Assembly (NCBI GenBank): GCA_045564455.1
Contig: JBJLHG010000002.1
Span: 319,106-383,105 of the forward strand
From: Gammaproteobacteria bacterium
GTDB taxonomy: Bacteria > Pseudomonadota > Gammaproteobacteria > Magnimaribacterales > AG-339-G14
Reading direction: 5' to 3'
DNA length: 64,000 nucleotides
Of this stretch, positions 1-9,938 are shown piece after piece. The notes under the pieces are model-generated. The model made no database searches, was not told where the DNA came from, and saw only the letters and a program-made list of their open reading frames with translations. The position numbers and the translations under genes were made by a program. The stretch's first letter is position 1. Each line of letters starts with the position of its first letter.

Positions 1-137
1 TGAAAAGAAAGCCATTCTTGCCAAGCTTGTTTGGAAACAGTATTAAATAATTTTTCTCCATTTGGTCCAGGAAAAGGTGGTCTATCCATTCTAGGAAGAT
101 CTTTTTTATATTTTCGACAAAAAACAGTATTGTTCAT
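1..137 (-). CDS. yggX: Fe(2+)-trafficking / oxidative-stress protein YggX, N-terminal part only (runs off the window)
   Basis: Absent from the ORF track because there is no stop in the window. The minus-strand ATG at 137-135 gives [45 protein letters not shown], which aligns with the YggX N-terminus (..T.FC....PG..G..I...SK.AW..W). It has an ATGA stop/start overlap with mutY, the classic mutY-yggX pair. Confidence 0.8.
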   Translation of the reverse strand, partial: MNNTVFCRKYKKDLPRMDRPPFPGPNGEKLFNTVSKQAWQEWLSF

Positions 138-1147
138 AAATAATTATTGATAATTTCTTTAACGGGTTTAGGCAATCCCATCTTACCTGAATCACTTTTA
201 TTAACCCAAGCAAAATTGGTTCGATCTATAGGCAATCTATCTTTATTTTTAATAGAGTATTTCACAGTAGAAATAGATAGCTTCTGATGAGATAAATTAT
301 GAATCATTAAAGGAAGTTTCTCTTTATCTTTTAAAAGTCTCAATTTAGCTTTACTAATTAAGTCCTTTTCTGGGAAAACCCAAAGATTTTGCCATATGCC
401 TTTGTTATCATTTCTTTTAAGCAAAACCTTATCTTTAGAAAAAATTAAATACCAATTGATTTCCTTTTCTTTTTTTTGTTTCAAAGGTTTTTTAAAAGGG
501 ATAATATCTTGAAAATTTAATTCGAAAGATTTGCAATTTCTATAGATAGGACACTTCTGACATATTGGATTTTTGGGTTTGCAAATCATTGACCCTAAAT
601 CCATCATCCCTTGAGAATATAGTCTAAAATTTTTCTTAGGTAGTAATTTTTCGCTGAACTTTATGAGTTCTTTTTGGGTCCTAGACTCATTAATAGGTGA
701 TTTATCTCCAGTGTATCTAAGCAAAACTCTTTTGACATTTCCATCAAGGATTATTCCTGGCTTTTCAAAAGCAAGGCTAAGAATAGCTCCAGCAGTAGAT
801 ATCCCAATTCCAGGAAGTTTTATTAGATCTTCATATTTTTCTGGAAGTTGGTTATTAAATTCATTTTTAAGAATAATCGAAGTCTTGTGAATATTTCTAG
901 CCCTTGAGTAATAACCTAGTCCAGACCATAAAGCTAATATATCTTCTAGATCTTTTTTAGCCAAACTTTCAATATTAGGAAAAACTTTAATAAATTTATG
1001 AAAGTAAGGGATGACAGTAGAAACTTGAGTTTGTTGCAACATAATCTCAGAAATCCAAGTATGGTATGGATTTTGTGTCTGCCATGGCAAATTACTTCTT
1101 CCAGCTTTTTTTTGCCAATTAATAATTTTTTTTGAGAATAGAGACAT
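134..1147 (-). CDS. mutY: A/G-specific adenine DNA glycosylase MutY
   Basis: 337 aa with an HhH-GPD fold ([14 protein letters not shown]), the 4Fe-4S cluster loop C-x6-C-x2-C-x5-C ([17 protein letters not shown]) and a C-terminal NUDIX-like domain. It is followed by yggX. Confidence 0.9.
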   Translation of the reverse strand: MSLFSKKIINWQKKAGRSNLPWQTQNPYHTWISEIMLQQTQVSTVIPYFHKFIKVFPNIESLAKKDLEDILALWSGLGYYSRARNIHKTSIILKNEFNNQLPEKYEDLIKLPGIGISTAGAILSLAFEKPGIILDGNVKRVLLRYTGDKSPINESRTQKELIKFSEKLLPKKNFRLYSQGMMDLGSMICKPKNPICQKCPIYRNCKSFELNFQDIIPFKKPLKQKKEKEINWYLIFSKDKVLLKRNDNKGIWQNLWVFPEKDLISKAKLRLLKDKEKLPLMIHNLSHQKLSISTVKYSIKNKDRLPIDRTNFAWVNKSDSGKMGLPKPVKEIINNYL

Positions 1148-1204
1148 CTAGTTCATTTTAACCTTTTACGTCCGTTATAATGGCCTTAAGTTAAGAGAAT
1201 AATT

Positions 1205-1792
1205 ATGAGAAATATAAGTATTGAAAGAAACACTAAAGAAACGCAGATCACTTTAAGTTTAGAGTTAGATGGGTCTGGTAAAAGCTCTCAAGAAGTAGAC
1301 ATTCCTTTTTTTGCTCATATGCTTGATCAAGTTGCAAAACACGGAGTTTTTGATGTTGATCTAAAAGCCTCAGGAGATCTTGAAGTAGATGCTCATCATA
1401 CTGTTGAAGATATAGGAATTACTATGGGAGATGCTTTTAACCAAGCTTTAGGGGATAAAAAGGGGATCACTCGCTATGGTTATGCATATGCCCCATTAGA
1501 TGAAGCCTTATCTAGAGTTGTCATTGATTTTTCTGGAAGGCCAGGACTTTTGTGGAATGTTGATTTCACTAAAGAAAGTATTAATGATTTTGATTTGCAA
1601 CTTTTAAGAGAGTTTTTTCAAGGGTTTGCAAATAAATCTTTGGCTACGATTCACATTGATAACTTAAAAGGAGAAAATGCTCATCATCAAGCAGAAACTA
1701 TATTTAAAGCTTTTGCCTTAGCATTAAAGCAGTCTTGTTCATTGGATGAGGCAAAAACTGGACAGATTCCTTCTACGAAAGGATCTTTATAA
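1205..1792 (+). CDS. hisB: Imidazoleglycerol-phosphate dehydratase (monofunctional HisB)
   Basis: 195 aa with IGPD motifs ([20 protein letters not shown]). First gene of a hisBHAF cluster. Confidence 0.93.
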   Translation: MRNISIERNTKETQITLSLELDGSGKSSQEVDIPFFAHMLDQVAKHGVFDVDLKASGDLEVDAHHTVEDIGITMGDAFNQALGDKKGITRYGYAYAPLDEALSRVVIDFSGRPGLLWNVDFTKESINDFDLQLLREFFQGFANKSLATIHIDNLKGENAHHQAETIFKAFALALKQSCSLDEAKTGQIPSTKGSL

Positions 1793-1807
1793 AAAGGTTG
1801 TATTAAT

Positions 1808-2425
1808 ATGAAAATTGGCGTCATAGATTATGGTGCAAGTAATATTTTTTCTGTTGTACGAGCTCTGAAAAGCTTAGGAGCAAAAACTGAGATTGTAAAA
1901 GATTCAGATGATCTAAAAAAAATAGACAAGCTAGTTTTTCCTGGTCAAGGCTCTATGGGATCTTGCATAAATAGACTAAATGAGGCTGAACTCTTTGAAC
2001 CCATGAAGAACTTTGTAGAAAATAAGCCTTTTCTTGGTATTTGCTTAGGGCTTCAAGTACTTTTCGAAAATAGTGAGGAAAGTTTTAATCAAAAAGGATT
2101 AGGTATATTTTCTGGAAAGATAGAAAAATTTAAAAGCGATGATGAAACGAAATTAAAAATACCTCACATGGGATGGAATCAAGTTGAATTTAGTCAAGAT
2201 CATTTTTTATGGAACGGATTGAAGAGTAAGGAAAACTTTTACTTTGTACATTCTTATATTTCAATAAAATTAGAAAATAGCAATATCTTTTCTCAAACTG
2301 TTCATGGTCAAAAGTTTAATTCTGCTATTGGAAATGAAAATATATTTGCAACTCAATTTCACCCAGAAAAAAGTGGAGAATTGGGTTTGAGATTTCTTCA
2401 AAATTTTATAAATTGGAGACCTTAA
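1808..2425 (+). CDS. hisH: Imidazole glycerol phosphate synthase, glutamine amidotransferase subunit HisH
   Basis: 205 aa class-I GATase (GICLGLQ nucleophile elbow, FHPEKS). Lies between hisB and hisA. Confidence 0.93.
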   Translation: MKIGVIDYGASNIFSVVRALKSLGAKTEIVKDSDDLKKIDKLVFPGQGSMGSCINRLNEAELFEPMKNFVENKPFLGICLGLQVLFENSEESFNQKGLGIFSGKIEKFKSDDETKLKIPHMGWNQVEFSQDHFLWNGLKSKENFYFVHSYISIKLENSNIFSQTVHGQKFNSAIGNENIFATQFHPEKSGELGLRFLQNFINWRP

Positions 2426-3151
2426 ATGATCCCAATTCCAGCAATAGATATACAAGACGGTAAATGTGTTCGTTTAAAAATGGGAGATTTAGATAGTGCA
2501 ATTACATATTATGAGAATCCTATAGATGCAGCAAATTTTTGGCTTAATGAAGGAACAAGAAAATTACATATAGTTGACTTAGATGGAGCTTTAGCTGGGC
2601 AATCTTCGAATTTATCAGTAATTGCTTCAATTAGAAAAACTTTTCCTGAATTGGAAATTCAACTCGGAGGTGGGATAAGAAATATGCAAACTTTGGAAAA
2701 TTATTTTGATATTGGCATTAATTATTTAATTTTAGGAAGTGTTGCAATAAAAGATAAAGATTTCTTTTTTAGGGCTTGCAGAAAATTTCCAAATAAAGTT
2801 ATTTTAGGAATAGACGCTAAAAATGGATATGTTTCAACTGAAGCTTGGACAGAATCTTCGGATATTTTAGCAATAGAAATTCTAAAAGAATTTTCTGAGT
2901 TACCTATCAATTCACTGATTTATACTGATATTAGTAAAGATGGAATGATGCAAGGTCCTAATTTTAAAGAAACTAAACAAATTTCTTCAAATACTAAAAT
3001 TCCAGTAATTGCGTCTGGAGGAGTAAGGAATTTAAGTGACTTAAAAGAGTTATCAAAGATAGATAATATTTTTGGAGCGATTTGTGGAAAATCTCTTTAC
3101 GAAGGAACTTTAAATTTTTCCGAAGCCTTAAACTATTTTAAAAATAAATGA
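2426..3151 (+). CDS. hisA: ProFAR isomerase HisA
   Basis: 241 aa with the start MIPIPAIDIQDGKCVRL and the GGGIR and ASGGV phosphate-binding motifs. Abuts the hisH stop. Confidence 0.92.
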   Translation: MIPIPAIDIQDGKCVRLKMGDLDSAITYYENPIDAANFWLNEGTRKLHIVDLDGALAGQSSNLSVIASIRKTFPELEIQLGGGIRNMQTLENYFDIGINYLILGSVAIKDKDFFFRACRKFPNKVILGIDAKNGYVSTEAWTESSDILAIEILKEFSELPINSLIYTDISKDGMMQGPNFKETKQISSNTKIPVIASGGVRNLSDLKELSKIDNIFGAICGKSLYEGTLNFSEALNYFKNK

Positions 3152-3906
3152 GCATAACGATAAGAATAATTCCTTGTTTAGACGTCCGCGGCGGCAGAGT
3201 AGTTAAAGGAATAAATTTTGAAAATATTATAGATGCTGGTGATCCAGCTGAAGCAGCTCTTAGATATGACCAAGAAGGAGCTGACGAAATTTGTATGTTG
3301 GATATTGATGCTTCTTATGAGGCCAGATCTACAACTCTAGAAACAGTTGAGAAAATTGCAAATCAAGTTTTTATTCCTTTTACTGTAGGAGGCGGAGTAA
3401 AAAGTATTAATGATGTTGAAATTCTTCTAAAATCTGGAGCGGATAAAGTTTCCATCAATACGTCTGCTATCACTAATCCAAAATTAATCTCGGAAGCTTC
3501 AAAAGAATTTGGATCTCAATGTATTGTTGTAGCAATAGATGCTAAATATGATTCTAATAATTGGCTTGTTTATACCCATGGAGGCAAAAATAAAACTGCA
3601 CTGGATGCTATATCTTGGGCAAAAGAAGTTGAACAATTAGGAGCAGGGGAGATCTTGATGACTTCTATGGACAAAGATGGAACTAAATCAGGCTTTGATA
3701 ATCTGCTTAACAGTAAACTTTCTAATATTTTAAAAATTCCTCTTATTGCTTCTGGCGGGGCAGGGAATCTTAATCATTTGATTGAAGCTATAAAAATAGG
3801 CAAAGCAGATGCAGTTTTAGCCGCAAGTATTTTTCATTATCAAGAAATCTCCATTGAGCAAGTTAAAAAAGCTCTCTTAGAAGATGGAATTAGCACTAGG
3901 TTATAA
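3148..3906 (+). CDS. hisF: Imidazole glycerol phosphate synthase cyclase subunit HisF
   Basis: 252 aa with [19 protein letters not shown] and ASGGAG motifs. 4-nt overlap with hisA. Confidence 0.93.
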   Translation: MSITIRIIPCLDVRGGRVVKGINFENIIDAGDPAEAALRYDQEGADEICMLDIDASYEARSTTLETVEKIANQVFIPFTVGGGVKSINDVEILLKSGADKVSINTSAITNPKLISEASKEFGSQCIVVAIDAKYDSNNWLVYTHGGKNKTALDAISWAKEVEQLGAGEILMTSMDKDGTKSGFDNLLNSKLSNILKIPLIASGGAGNLNHLIEAIKIGKADAVLAASIFHYQEISIEQVKKALLEDGISTRL

Positions 3907-4524
3907 ATCTTTTCTTTTGAATTTATTCTCTTCATCTGTGTAACTAAAAATTATTGGCTCCCCAGTAGCAATTTCTAGCTTAACTATTTCTTCCGGTGAA
4001 ATACTTTCTAATGACATTATTAATGATCTTAATGAATTTCCGTGAGCACAAACTAATATGTTTTTCCCTGATTCCACTAGAGGCTTAATTTGTGATTCAA
4101 AGTACGGTAGAACTCTTTCTGAAGTATCCTTTAGACTTTCTCCACCGGGAGGAGGGGTATCAAAAGATCTTCTCCAAATATGTACCTGCTCTTCACCCCA
4201 TTTCTTTCTCGCATCATCTTTGTTTAACCCTGATAACTCTCCATAATCTCTCTCATTTAAATTTTTATTTTCTATAGTTACTAAATTTTTTTGGCCTAAC
4301 TTATTAAGAATAATTTCTCCTGTTTTTTGGGCTCTAATAAGTTTTGAGGTGAAGTGCAAGTCAAAATTTATTTTTAAACCTTTTAGTTTATCTCCAGCTA
4401 GATTAGCTTCATTTACTCCTTTCAGAGTTAATGTTGGATTCTTCCATCCCGTAAAAAGATTTTTTTCATTCCATTCACTTTGACCATGTCTTACAAGAAT
4501 TAAATAAGAAATTTTTTTTTCCAT
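3901..4524 (-). CDS. gpmA: 2,3-bisphosphoglycerate-dependent phosphoglycerate mutase (short form)
   Basis: 207 aa with [49 protein letters not shown] and AHGNSLR, all characteristic dPGM motifs. Confidence 0.88.
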   Translation of the reverse strand: MEKKISYLILVRHGQSEWNEKNLFTGWKNPTLTLKGVNEANLAGDKLKGLKINFDLHFTSKLIRAQKTGEIILNKLGQKNLVTIENKNLNERDYGELSGLNKDDARKKWGEEQVHIWRRSFDTPPPGGESLKDTSERVLPYFESQIKPLVESGKNILVCAHGNSLRSLIMSLESISPEEIVKLEIATGEPIIFSYTDEENKFKRKDL

Positions 4525-4567
4525 TTGCGTAGTTAATAGGTTTGTTTCAGTTTATGATACCCGTCCT

Positions 4568-4975
4568 ATGGATTATTTTGTTCAATTTTTAATAGATAAT
4601 TGGTTTATTCTTGTACCATTAATAATTTCAATATTTGTTTTTTTTAGACAAGAAAAAATAAGAAATTCTTCAATTTTAGAGCCTCAACAAATGATTTTTT
4701 TTCTAAATAGAAAAAATGCTTTGTTAATTGATATTAGAAATAACAAAGATTTTTCAAATGGCCATATAAGTCAGGCTATAAATGTAGGGCCGGATATAGA
4801 TCTATGTAAAAAGGAGATAAATAAAGTTTCTGAAAGGCCAATTATTATTGTTTGTCAGAATGGAAATTATTCTTCTCGGATGGCAACTGATCTAAAAAAA
4901 GAGAATTATGATGCCTATATTTTAAAAGGCGGTATAAATTCTTGGTTGAATGAAAAGCTGCCTTTAATTAATTAA
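4568..4975 (+). CDS. Membrane-anchored single-domain rhodanese (GlpE-like sulfurtransferase)
   Basis: 135 aa with an N-terminal hydrophobic helix (WFILVPLIISIFVFF) followed by a rhodanese domain. The active-site loop CQNGNYS resembles GlpE CYHGNSS. Confidence 0.75.
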   Translation: MDYFVQFLIDNWFILVPLIISIFVFFRQEKIRNSSILEPQQMIFFLNRKNALLIDIRNNKDFSNGHISQAINVGPDIDLCKKEINKVSERPIIIVCQNGNYSSRMATDLKKENYDAYILKGGINSWLNEKLPLIN

Positions 4976-5082
4976 AGATCAAGTTCATTCATTTTTCTAG
5001 CTAAGGTATTCCTTCCCCAACCAAGAAGGTTTGCAGCCTCGCTCTTTTTTCCTTTTGTCGCTTTCATAGCAACCCTAATCAT
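4972..5082 (-). other. Out-of-frame C-terminal Fis-type HTH of NtrC (36 codons, below the ORF-track size cut-off)
   Basis: The +1 frame relative to ntrC reads MIRVAMKATKGKKSEAANLLGWGRNTLARKMNELDL*. This aligns with the E. coli NtrC C-terminus (..ALRHTQGHKQEAARLLGWGRNTLTRKLKELGME). The frame is open from 5112 down to the TAA at 4972-4974. Confidence 0.85.
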
Positions 5083-6370
5083 AGTTTTTTTCGAATATTG
5101 GAATTGATGAGTTTAAAAGATGATCATCACCATTCGAAAGTTTTTTTGTGGCCCATACCTCTAGAAGATCATCCCAATTAAGTTCAGGCCCTTTTTTTTG
5201 AAGAATTAAATCGTCAGGCAAATCAGGAACTTGAATCTCTTGAGCAGAGGATAAAACTGTAAGTGAGTGACAAAGGTTCTGCAGTTGAAGAACATTTCCT
5301 GGCCATATAAGTTTTGCAAATAGCTCTTCTACTTCGGAAGATAAGAATTTAGATTCTGATTTAACTTCTTCTGAAAATTTTTCAAAAAAATAGTTGGTAA
5401 GCATAGGGATATCTTCTTTTCTATCTCTTAAGGGAGGGAGAGCAATTCTTATGACATTTAGTCTATGGAAAAGATCCTCTCTAAAAGCTCCAGATCTTAC
5501 TTTTTCATTTAGGTTTTGATTAGTAGCGGCAATAATTCTTACGTCTACTTTTACTGGATCGCTACCTCCAATTCTATAAAATTCTCCACTAGAGAGGACT
5601 CTTAAAATTCTAGTTTGTGTCTCATAAGGCATGTCTCCTATTTCGTCTAAAAACAATGTAGCCTTATGCGCTTGTTCAAATCTACCTATTTTTTTATGAT
5701 CAGCTCCAGTAAAGGCCCCTTTTTCATATCCAAAAAGTTCAGATTCAAGAAGCTCTATAGGAATATCAGCCATATTTAATGAAATTAACTTTTTATCGGC
5801 TCTATCGCTATGTTCATATATAGCTTGAGCAACTAATTCTTTACCGGTGCCGGATTCGCCAACCAAAAGAACTGTTGAGCTAGAATGCGATAATTTCCCG
5901 ATAGAATTAAAAAGATCTTGCATTGCAGGAGACTTGCCTACAATTTTTCCCCTCTCCAGATGAATTTCTTCTTCACTAGAAATTTTTTTAGCTCTTATTT
6001 TTTTTTCTTCTAAAGCTTTTGAGATTTTTGAAATAGCATCATTTAGATCAAAAGGTTTTGCAATATAATCCCATGCGCCATTTTCAAAAGCGTCAACAGT
6101 AGTTTCTAAGTCTGAATGAGCGGTCATCATTATTACCGGAATATTGGAATATTCATTCTTAAAAGTATCCAATAGATCCATTCCATCTCTTCCTGGCATT
6201 TTAAGATCAGTCAAAAGAACATTAGGCTTTTCTATATCTAATTGATTAATTACTTCATTACCATCTTCAAAAACGGATACATCAAAACCAGCATCTATCA
6301 GACCTTTCTCTAATACGAATCTTATAGATTCATCATCATCTGCTATCCAAATTCTCTTTGATTTAGGCAT
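5075..6370 (-). CDS. ntrC: Nitrogen regulation response regulator NtrC (sigma-54 enhancer-binding protein), truncated before its DNA-binding domain by a frameshift
   Basis: 431 aa with a receiver domain (DDDESIR..LLTDLKMPG) and an AAA+ sigma-54 activator domain (GESGTGKE Walker A, GAFTGA loop in EKGAFTGA). The ORF stops at TAG 5075-5077, right where the HTH should begin. Overlaps ntrB by 8 nt. Confidence 0.9.
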   Translation of the reverse strand: MPKSKRIWIADDDESIRFVLEKGLIDAGFDVSVFEDGNEVINQLDIEKPNVLLTDLKMPGRDGMDLLDTFKNEYSNIPVIMMTAHSDLETTVDAFENGAWDYIAKPFDLNDAISKISKALEEKKIRAKKISSEEEIHLERGKIVGKSPAMQDLFNSIGKLSHSSSTVLLVGESGTGKELVAQAIYEHSDRADKKLISLNMADIPIELLESELFGYEKGAFTGADHKKIGRFEQAHKATLFLDEIGDMPYETQTRILRVLSSGEFYRIGGSDPVKVDVRIIAATNQNLNEKVRSGAFREDLFHRLNVIRIALPPLRDRKEDIPMLTNYFFEKFSEEVKSESKFLSSEVEELFAKLIWPGNVLQLQNLCHSLTVLSSAQEIQVPDLPDDLILQKKGPELNWDDLLEVWATKKLSNGDDHLLNSSIPIFEKNYD

Positions 6371-7451
6371 CCTTCATCTCCATCTTATTACTTTTATAAC
6401 TCTCTTCAGGAATTGGGATAAGGATTGAAAAATTGGTACCCGATGTATCGCTTGAACAATCAATGGATCCGTTATGTTGATTTATTATTCCTCTTGCTAT
6501 TGCTAAACCTAATCCAGAGGCAACTTCTTTAGTCGATACTAAAGGAAAAAAAATAGAATCTATAAAGTCTTCAGGTATACCTGGACCATTATCAATAAAG
6601 TCTATCGCACAGGCTGTTTTGTAAAATTTTCCGTTAACTAAAACTTCGTAAGCCACTCTAGTTCTAGCAGTTATTTTATTTCCAGTATTCGTTTTTTTCA
6701 TTGCTTCTAAAGAGTTTCTAGTAAGATTGTAAAAAACTTGTATTATCAGAGATGAATCAATATTCACTAAAGGAAGACTTGGATCATAATCTCTTTCAAA
6801 TTTTATATTTTCACAATCTAAAGATCTCATAAAATCAGGAAGTTTTTCTAAAACACTATGAATATTTTTCATTGAAAGGCTAAGTTTGAAGTTTTTTTCA
6901 GAAACTTGATTTACGATATTAGTTATTCTGTCAGTTTCTCTTAAGATAATTTTTAAAAGATCTTGATTGTCATCAGCTTTTAGTTTGTTACCGAGTAATT
7001 GTGCTGCTCCTTTAATACCACTTAATGGGTTCTTTATTTCATGAGCTAAGCCTTTGGAAAAGGCTGCTGTAACTACTCCACCCGATGATTTTCTCCTAGC
7101 TTGTTTTTCAAGCATCTTTTTATCGGAATCAAAAAACTCAAAAACTATAAGATCATCTTCATTGATGTATGTTGCAAGAAAGGAGCTTTTCTTTTTTAAA
7201 CCATTATTAAGAAATAATGTTGTTATGTGTCTTTTTAAATGAGTTTTAGATTGAAGCAACTCTAGAAGTTCAAGATTATTTCCAGGCTTTTCTGTAAAAA
7301 CTTTATTAACTAATTGTCCCTTGCATTCTTCTATGGTGGTATTTAGAAAGTTTTCGGCTGCATCGTTTATAAATACTATTTTCAATTCTTTATCTGCAAT
7401 CAAAATCTTTGAAGATATTTTTTTTAAAGCTGCATTGAAAGAATTAATCAT
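6363..7451 (-). CDS. ntrB: Nitrogen regulation sensor histidine kinase NtrB
   Basis: 362 aa with an N-terminal PAS-like region, H-box LAHEIKNPLSGIKGAAQLL, and N, G1 and G2 boxes (NLTRNSLEAM, IDNGPGIP, GLGLAIARG). Lies between glnA and ntrC. Confidence 0.9.
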   Translation of the reverse strand: MINSFNAALKKISSKILIADKELKIVFINDAAENFLNTTIEECKGQLVNKVFTEKPGNNLELLELLQSKTHLKRHITTLFLNNGLKKKSSFLATYINEDDLIVFEFFDSDKKMLEKQARRKSSGGVVTAAFSKGLAHEIKNPLSGIKGAAQLLGNKLKADDNQDLLKIILRETDRITNIVNQVSEKNFKLSLSMKNIHSVLEKLPDFMRSLDCENIKFERDYDPSLPLVNIDSSLIIQVFYNLTRNSLEAMKKTNTGNKITARTRVAYEVLVNGKFYKTACAIDFIDNGPGIPEDFIDSIFFPLVSTKEVASGLGLAIARGIINQHNGSIDCSSDTSGTNFSILIPIPEESYKSNKMEMKDA

Positions 7452-7468
7452 TTGTTTTGTTTAATGAA

Positions 7469-8875
7469 TTAGACGCTGTAATACATGTCAAACTCAACAG
7501 GACTAGTAGTTTGGTTCAGATAAGTAACTTCCTCAGACTTAAGTGCAATATAACCATCGATCAAGTCGTCTGAAAAAACATCTCCTTGTTTTAGAAAATC
7601 TCTATCTTGACTCAAAGCACTAAGAGCTTCTTCAAGAGAACCCGCTACTGTAGGATATTTTTTTGCTGATTCTTCCGCATGCTCAAATAAATCTTCATCA
7701 ACAGGACCAACAGGCTCTATCTTATTTTTAATTCCATCTAAACCAGCCATTAGTAACGCTGAGAAACATAAATATGGGTTAGCTGTTGAATCAGGAAATC
7801 TTACTTCTATCCTCCTGGCTTTTGGAGAGTCTACCCAAGGAATTCTGATAGCAGCCGATCTATTTCTTGCTGAGTAAGTAAGAATTGTAGGAGCTTCAAA
7901 ACCAGGAATTAATCTCTTATAAGAATTAGTGGAAGCATTAGTGAAGGCATTCAAGGCTTTTCCGTGTTTTATAACACCTCCGATATACCAAATTGCTTCT
8001 TGAGATAATTCAGAATAACCATCAGCATTATAAAATATCGGTTCACCGTCTTTAAAAATAGATTGATGTATATGCATGCCGCTTCCGTTATCTCCGACTA
8101 ATGGTTTTGGCATAAATGTAGCTGTCTTTCCATATGCAGCTGCTGTGTTATGAACACAATATTTATAAGTTTGCACTTCATCAGCTTTCTTTACCAAGGT
8201 ATTGAATTTAGCTCCAATTTCACATTGGCCTGCGGTTGCAACTTCATGATGGTGAACTTCAATCGCTAGACCCATTTCTTGCATAGTTTCACACATTGCA
8301 GATCTAACTTCATGAAGAGAGTCCATTGGAGGAACAGGAAAATATCCACCTTTAATCCCAGGTTTATGACCTAAGTTGCCGCCTTCATACTTTGATCCGG
8401 TTTCCCAATCTGCTTCTTCAGAACCAATTTCAAAAAAGTTGCCTTTCATTTGAACGTCGTATCTAACATCGTCAAAGATAAAAAATTCATTTTCTGGTCC
8501 GAAATATGCAGTATCGCCAAAGCCGCTTTCTAGCAGATACTTTTCTGCTTTTAAAGCAGTTGATCTCGGACATCTTGAGTAACCTTCCATAGTAGAGGGT
8601 TCAATTACGCTACAAGTAATATTGAGAGTAGGAGTTTTAAAAAAAGGGTCCATTACAGCGGTACTTTCGTCTGGCATGAGAATCTGATCTGATTTGTCAA
8701 TAGATTTCCAGCCTGCAACCGAAGAACCATCAAACATTTTCCCTGTTTCTAGAAAATTGTTATCTACTTCTTCAGCTGCCACGCTGACATGCTGTTCTTT
8801 CCCTTTAGTATCTGTAAACCTTAGATCAATCCATTTGATATTATTTTCTTTGATGAGATCTAAAATCTTAGACAT
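7469..8875 (-). CDS. glnA: Glutamine synthetase type I (GlnA)
   Basis: 468 aa dodecameric-type GSI ([20 protein letters not shown]-terminal [10 protein letters not shown]). The residue aligned with the adenylylation Tyr is Phe ([10 protein letters not shown]). Confidence 0.95.
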   Translation of the reverse strand: MSKILDLIKENNIKWIDLRFTDTKGKEQHVSVAAEEVDNNFLETGKMFDGSSVAGWKSIDKSDQILMPDESTAVMDPFFKTPTLNITCSVIEPSTMEGYSRCPRSTALKAEKYLLESGFGDTAYFGPENEFFIFDDVRYDVQMKGNFFEIGSEEADWETGSKYEGGNLGHKPGIKGGYFPVPPMDSLHEVRSAMCETMQEMGLAIEVHHHEVATAGQCEIGAKFNTLVKKADEVQTYKYCVHNTAAAYGKTATFMPKPLVGDNGSGMHIHQSIFKDGEPIFYNADGYSELSQEAIWYIGGVIKHGKALNAFTNASTNSYKRLIPGFEAPTILTYSARNRSAAIRIPWVDSPKARRIEVRFPDSTANPYLCFSALLMAGLDGIKNKIEPVGPVDEDLFEHAEESAKKYPTVAGSLEEALSALSQDRDFLKQGDVFSDDLIDGYIALKSEEVTYLNQTTSPVEFDMYYSV

Positions 8876-8886
8876 TTTTCAAGACT

Positions 8887-9867
8887 TTATTTAGTTAAAG
8901 TTCCTACAATATGGGAAAGTATTTTGTAAGGATCTGCATTAGAAGCGGGTCTTCTATCTTCTAAATAGCCATTCCAGTCATGCTCTACAGTATAAACAGG
9001 GATTCGAATACTTGCTCCTCTATCACTTACACCGAATGAGAATTGATCAATACTTTGAGTTTCATGAAGACCAGTAAGTCTTTGATCATTATCAGATCCA
9101 TATGCAGCAATTCCATCTTGGTGTACTTTTCCTAACTTTTCACACATTGATGAAAATAACTCCTCAGAACCATTAGATCTCATCTCTTCATTTGAAAAAT
9201 TGGAATGCATCCCTGATCCATTCCAATCTCCTTTTTTTGGCTTTGGATGAATATTGACACCAACTCCGTATTCTTCAGCAATTTTGAATAAAAGATATCG
9301 ACTAATCCACAAATCATCAGCTGCTTTGATGCCTTTACCAAAACACTGATATTCCCATTGACCAAGAGCAACTTCTGCATTCGTTCCAGTTAAAGTAATT
9401 CCGAGATCTAAACAAGCATGAAGATGAGCATCAGAGATTTCTCTACCAACAACATTTCCTGCACCTACGCCACAGTAATATTCACCTTGTTCTTTAGGAG
9501 TTCCGTCTTCCCACCCTAAAGGTTCTCCTGTTTCTGGATCAGTGAAAAAGAATTCTTGTTCAAAACCAAACCACCATTCATCAGAGACTACTTCTGCAGC
9601 AGCTGCTCTGAAATTTGACGGGTGAGTTGTGTGATCAGCAGACTGAACTTGAGTTAGTACAAGATCATGCCCATTTGGATTTGAATATGTTTGCACTGGG
9701 AGAAGCAAACAATCAGAACTTCCTCCTTCGGCTTGTTGTGTAGATGATCCATCAAAGGACCAATCTGGCGGGTTTTGTTCATCTGTTGCCTTTACCTTGC
9801 TTCTCATGTTTGCTTCTGGTTTATAACCGTCTAGCCATATATATTCATACGTTTTAAAATCTGACAT
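8887..9867 (-). CDS. glnII: Glutamine synthetase type II (eukaryote-like GlnII)
   Basis: GSII hallmarks are YIWLDG, FDGSST.QA, WFGFEQEFF, GTNAEVALGQWEYQ, GSGMHSNFS and DRGASIRIP. I place the start at the ATG 9867-9865 (MSDFKTYEYIW) because AAGGAG lies at 9879-9874. The ORF track's upstream ATG at 9903 has no RBS. Confidence 0.88.
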   Translation of the reverse strand: MSDFKTYEYIWLDGYKPEANMRSKVKATDEQNPPDWSFDGSSTQQAEGGSSDCLLLPVQTYSNPNGHDLVLTQVQSADHTTHPSNFRAAAAEVVSDEWWFGFEQEFFFTDPETGEPLGWEDGTPKEQGEYYCGVGAGNVVGREISDAHLHACLDLGITLTGTNAEVALGQWEYQCFGKGIKAADDLWISRYLLFKIAEEYGVGVNIHPKPKKGDWNGSGMHSNFSNEEMRSNGSEELFSSMCEKLGKVHQDGIAAYGSDNDQRLTGLHETQSIDQFSFGVSDRGASIRIPVYTVEHDWNGYLEDRRPASNADPYKILSHIVGTLTK

Positions 9868-9938
9868 TATTTTCTCCTTAGTCTGTTTAAATAGATTCCT
9901 CAAGTTTTATTGAGCGAAAACAATATTATCAAAAAAAG

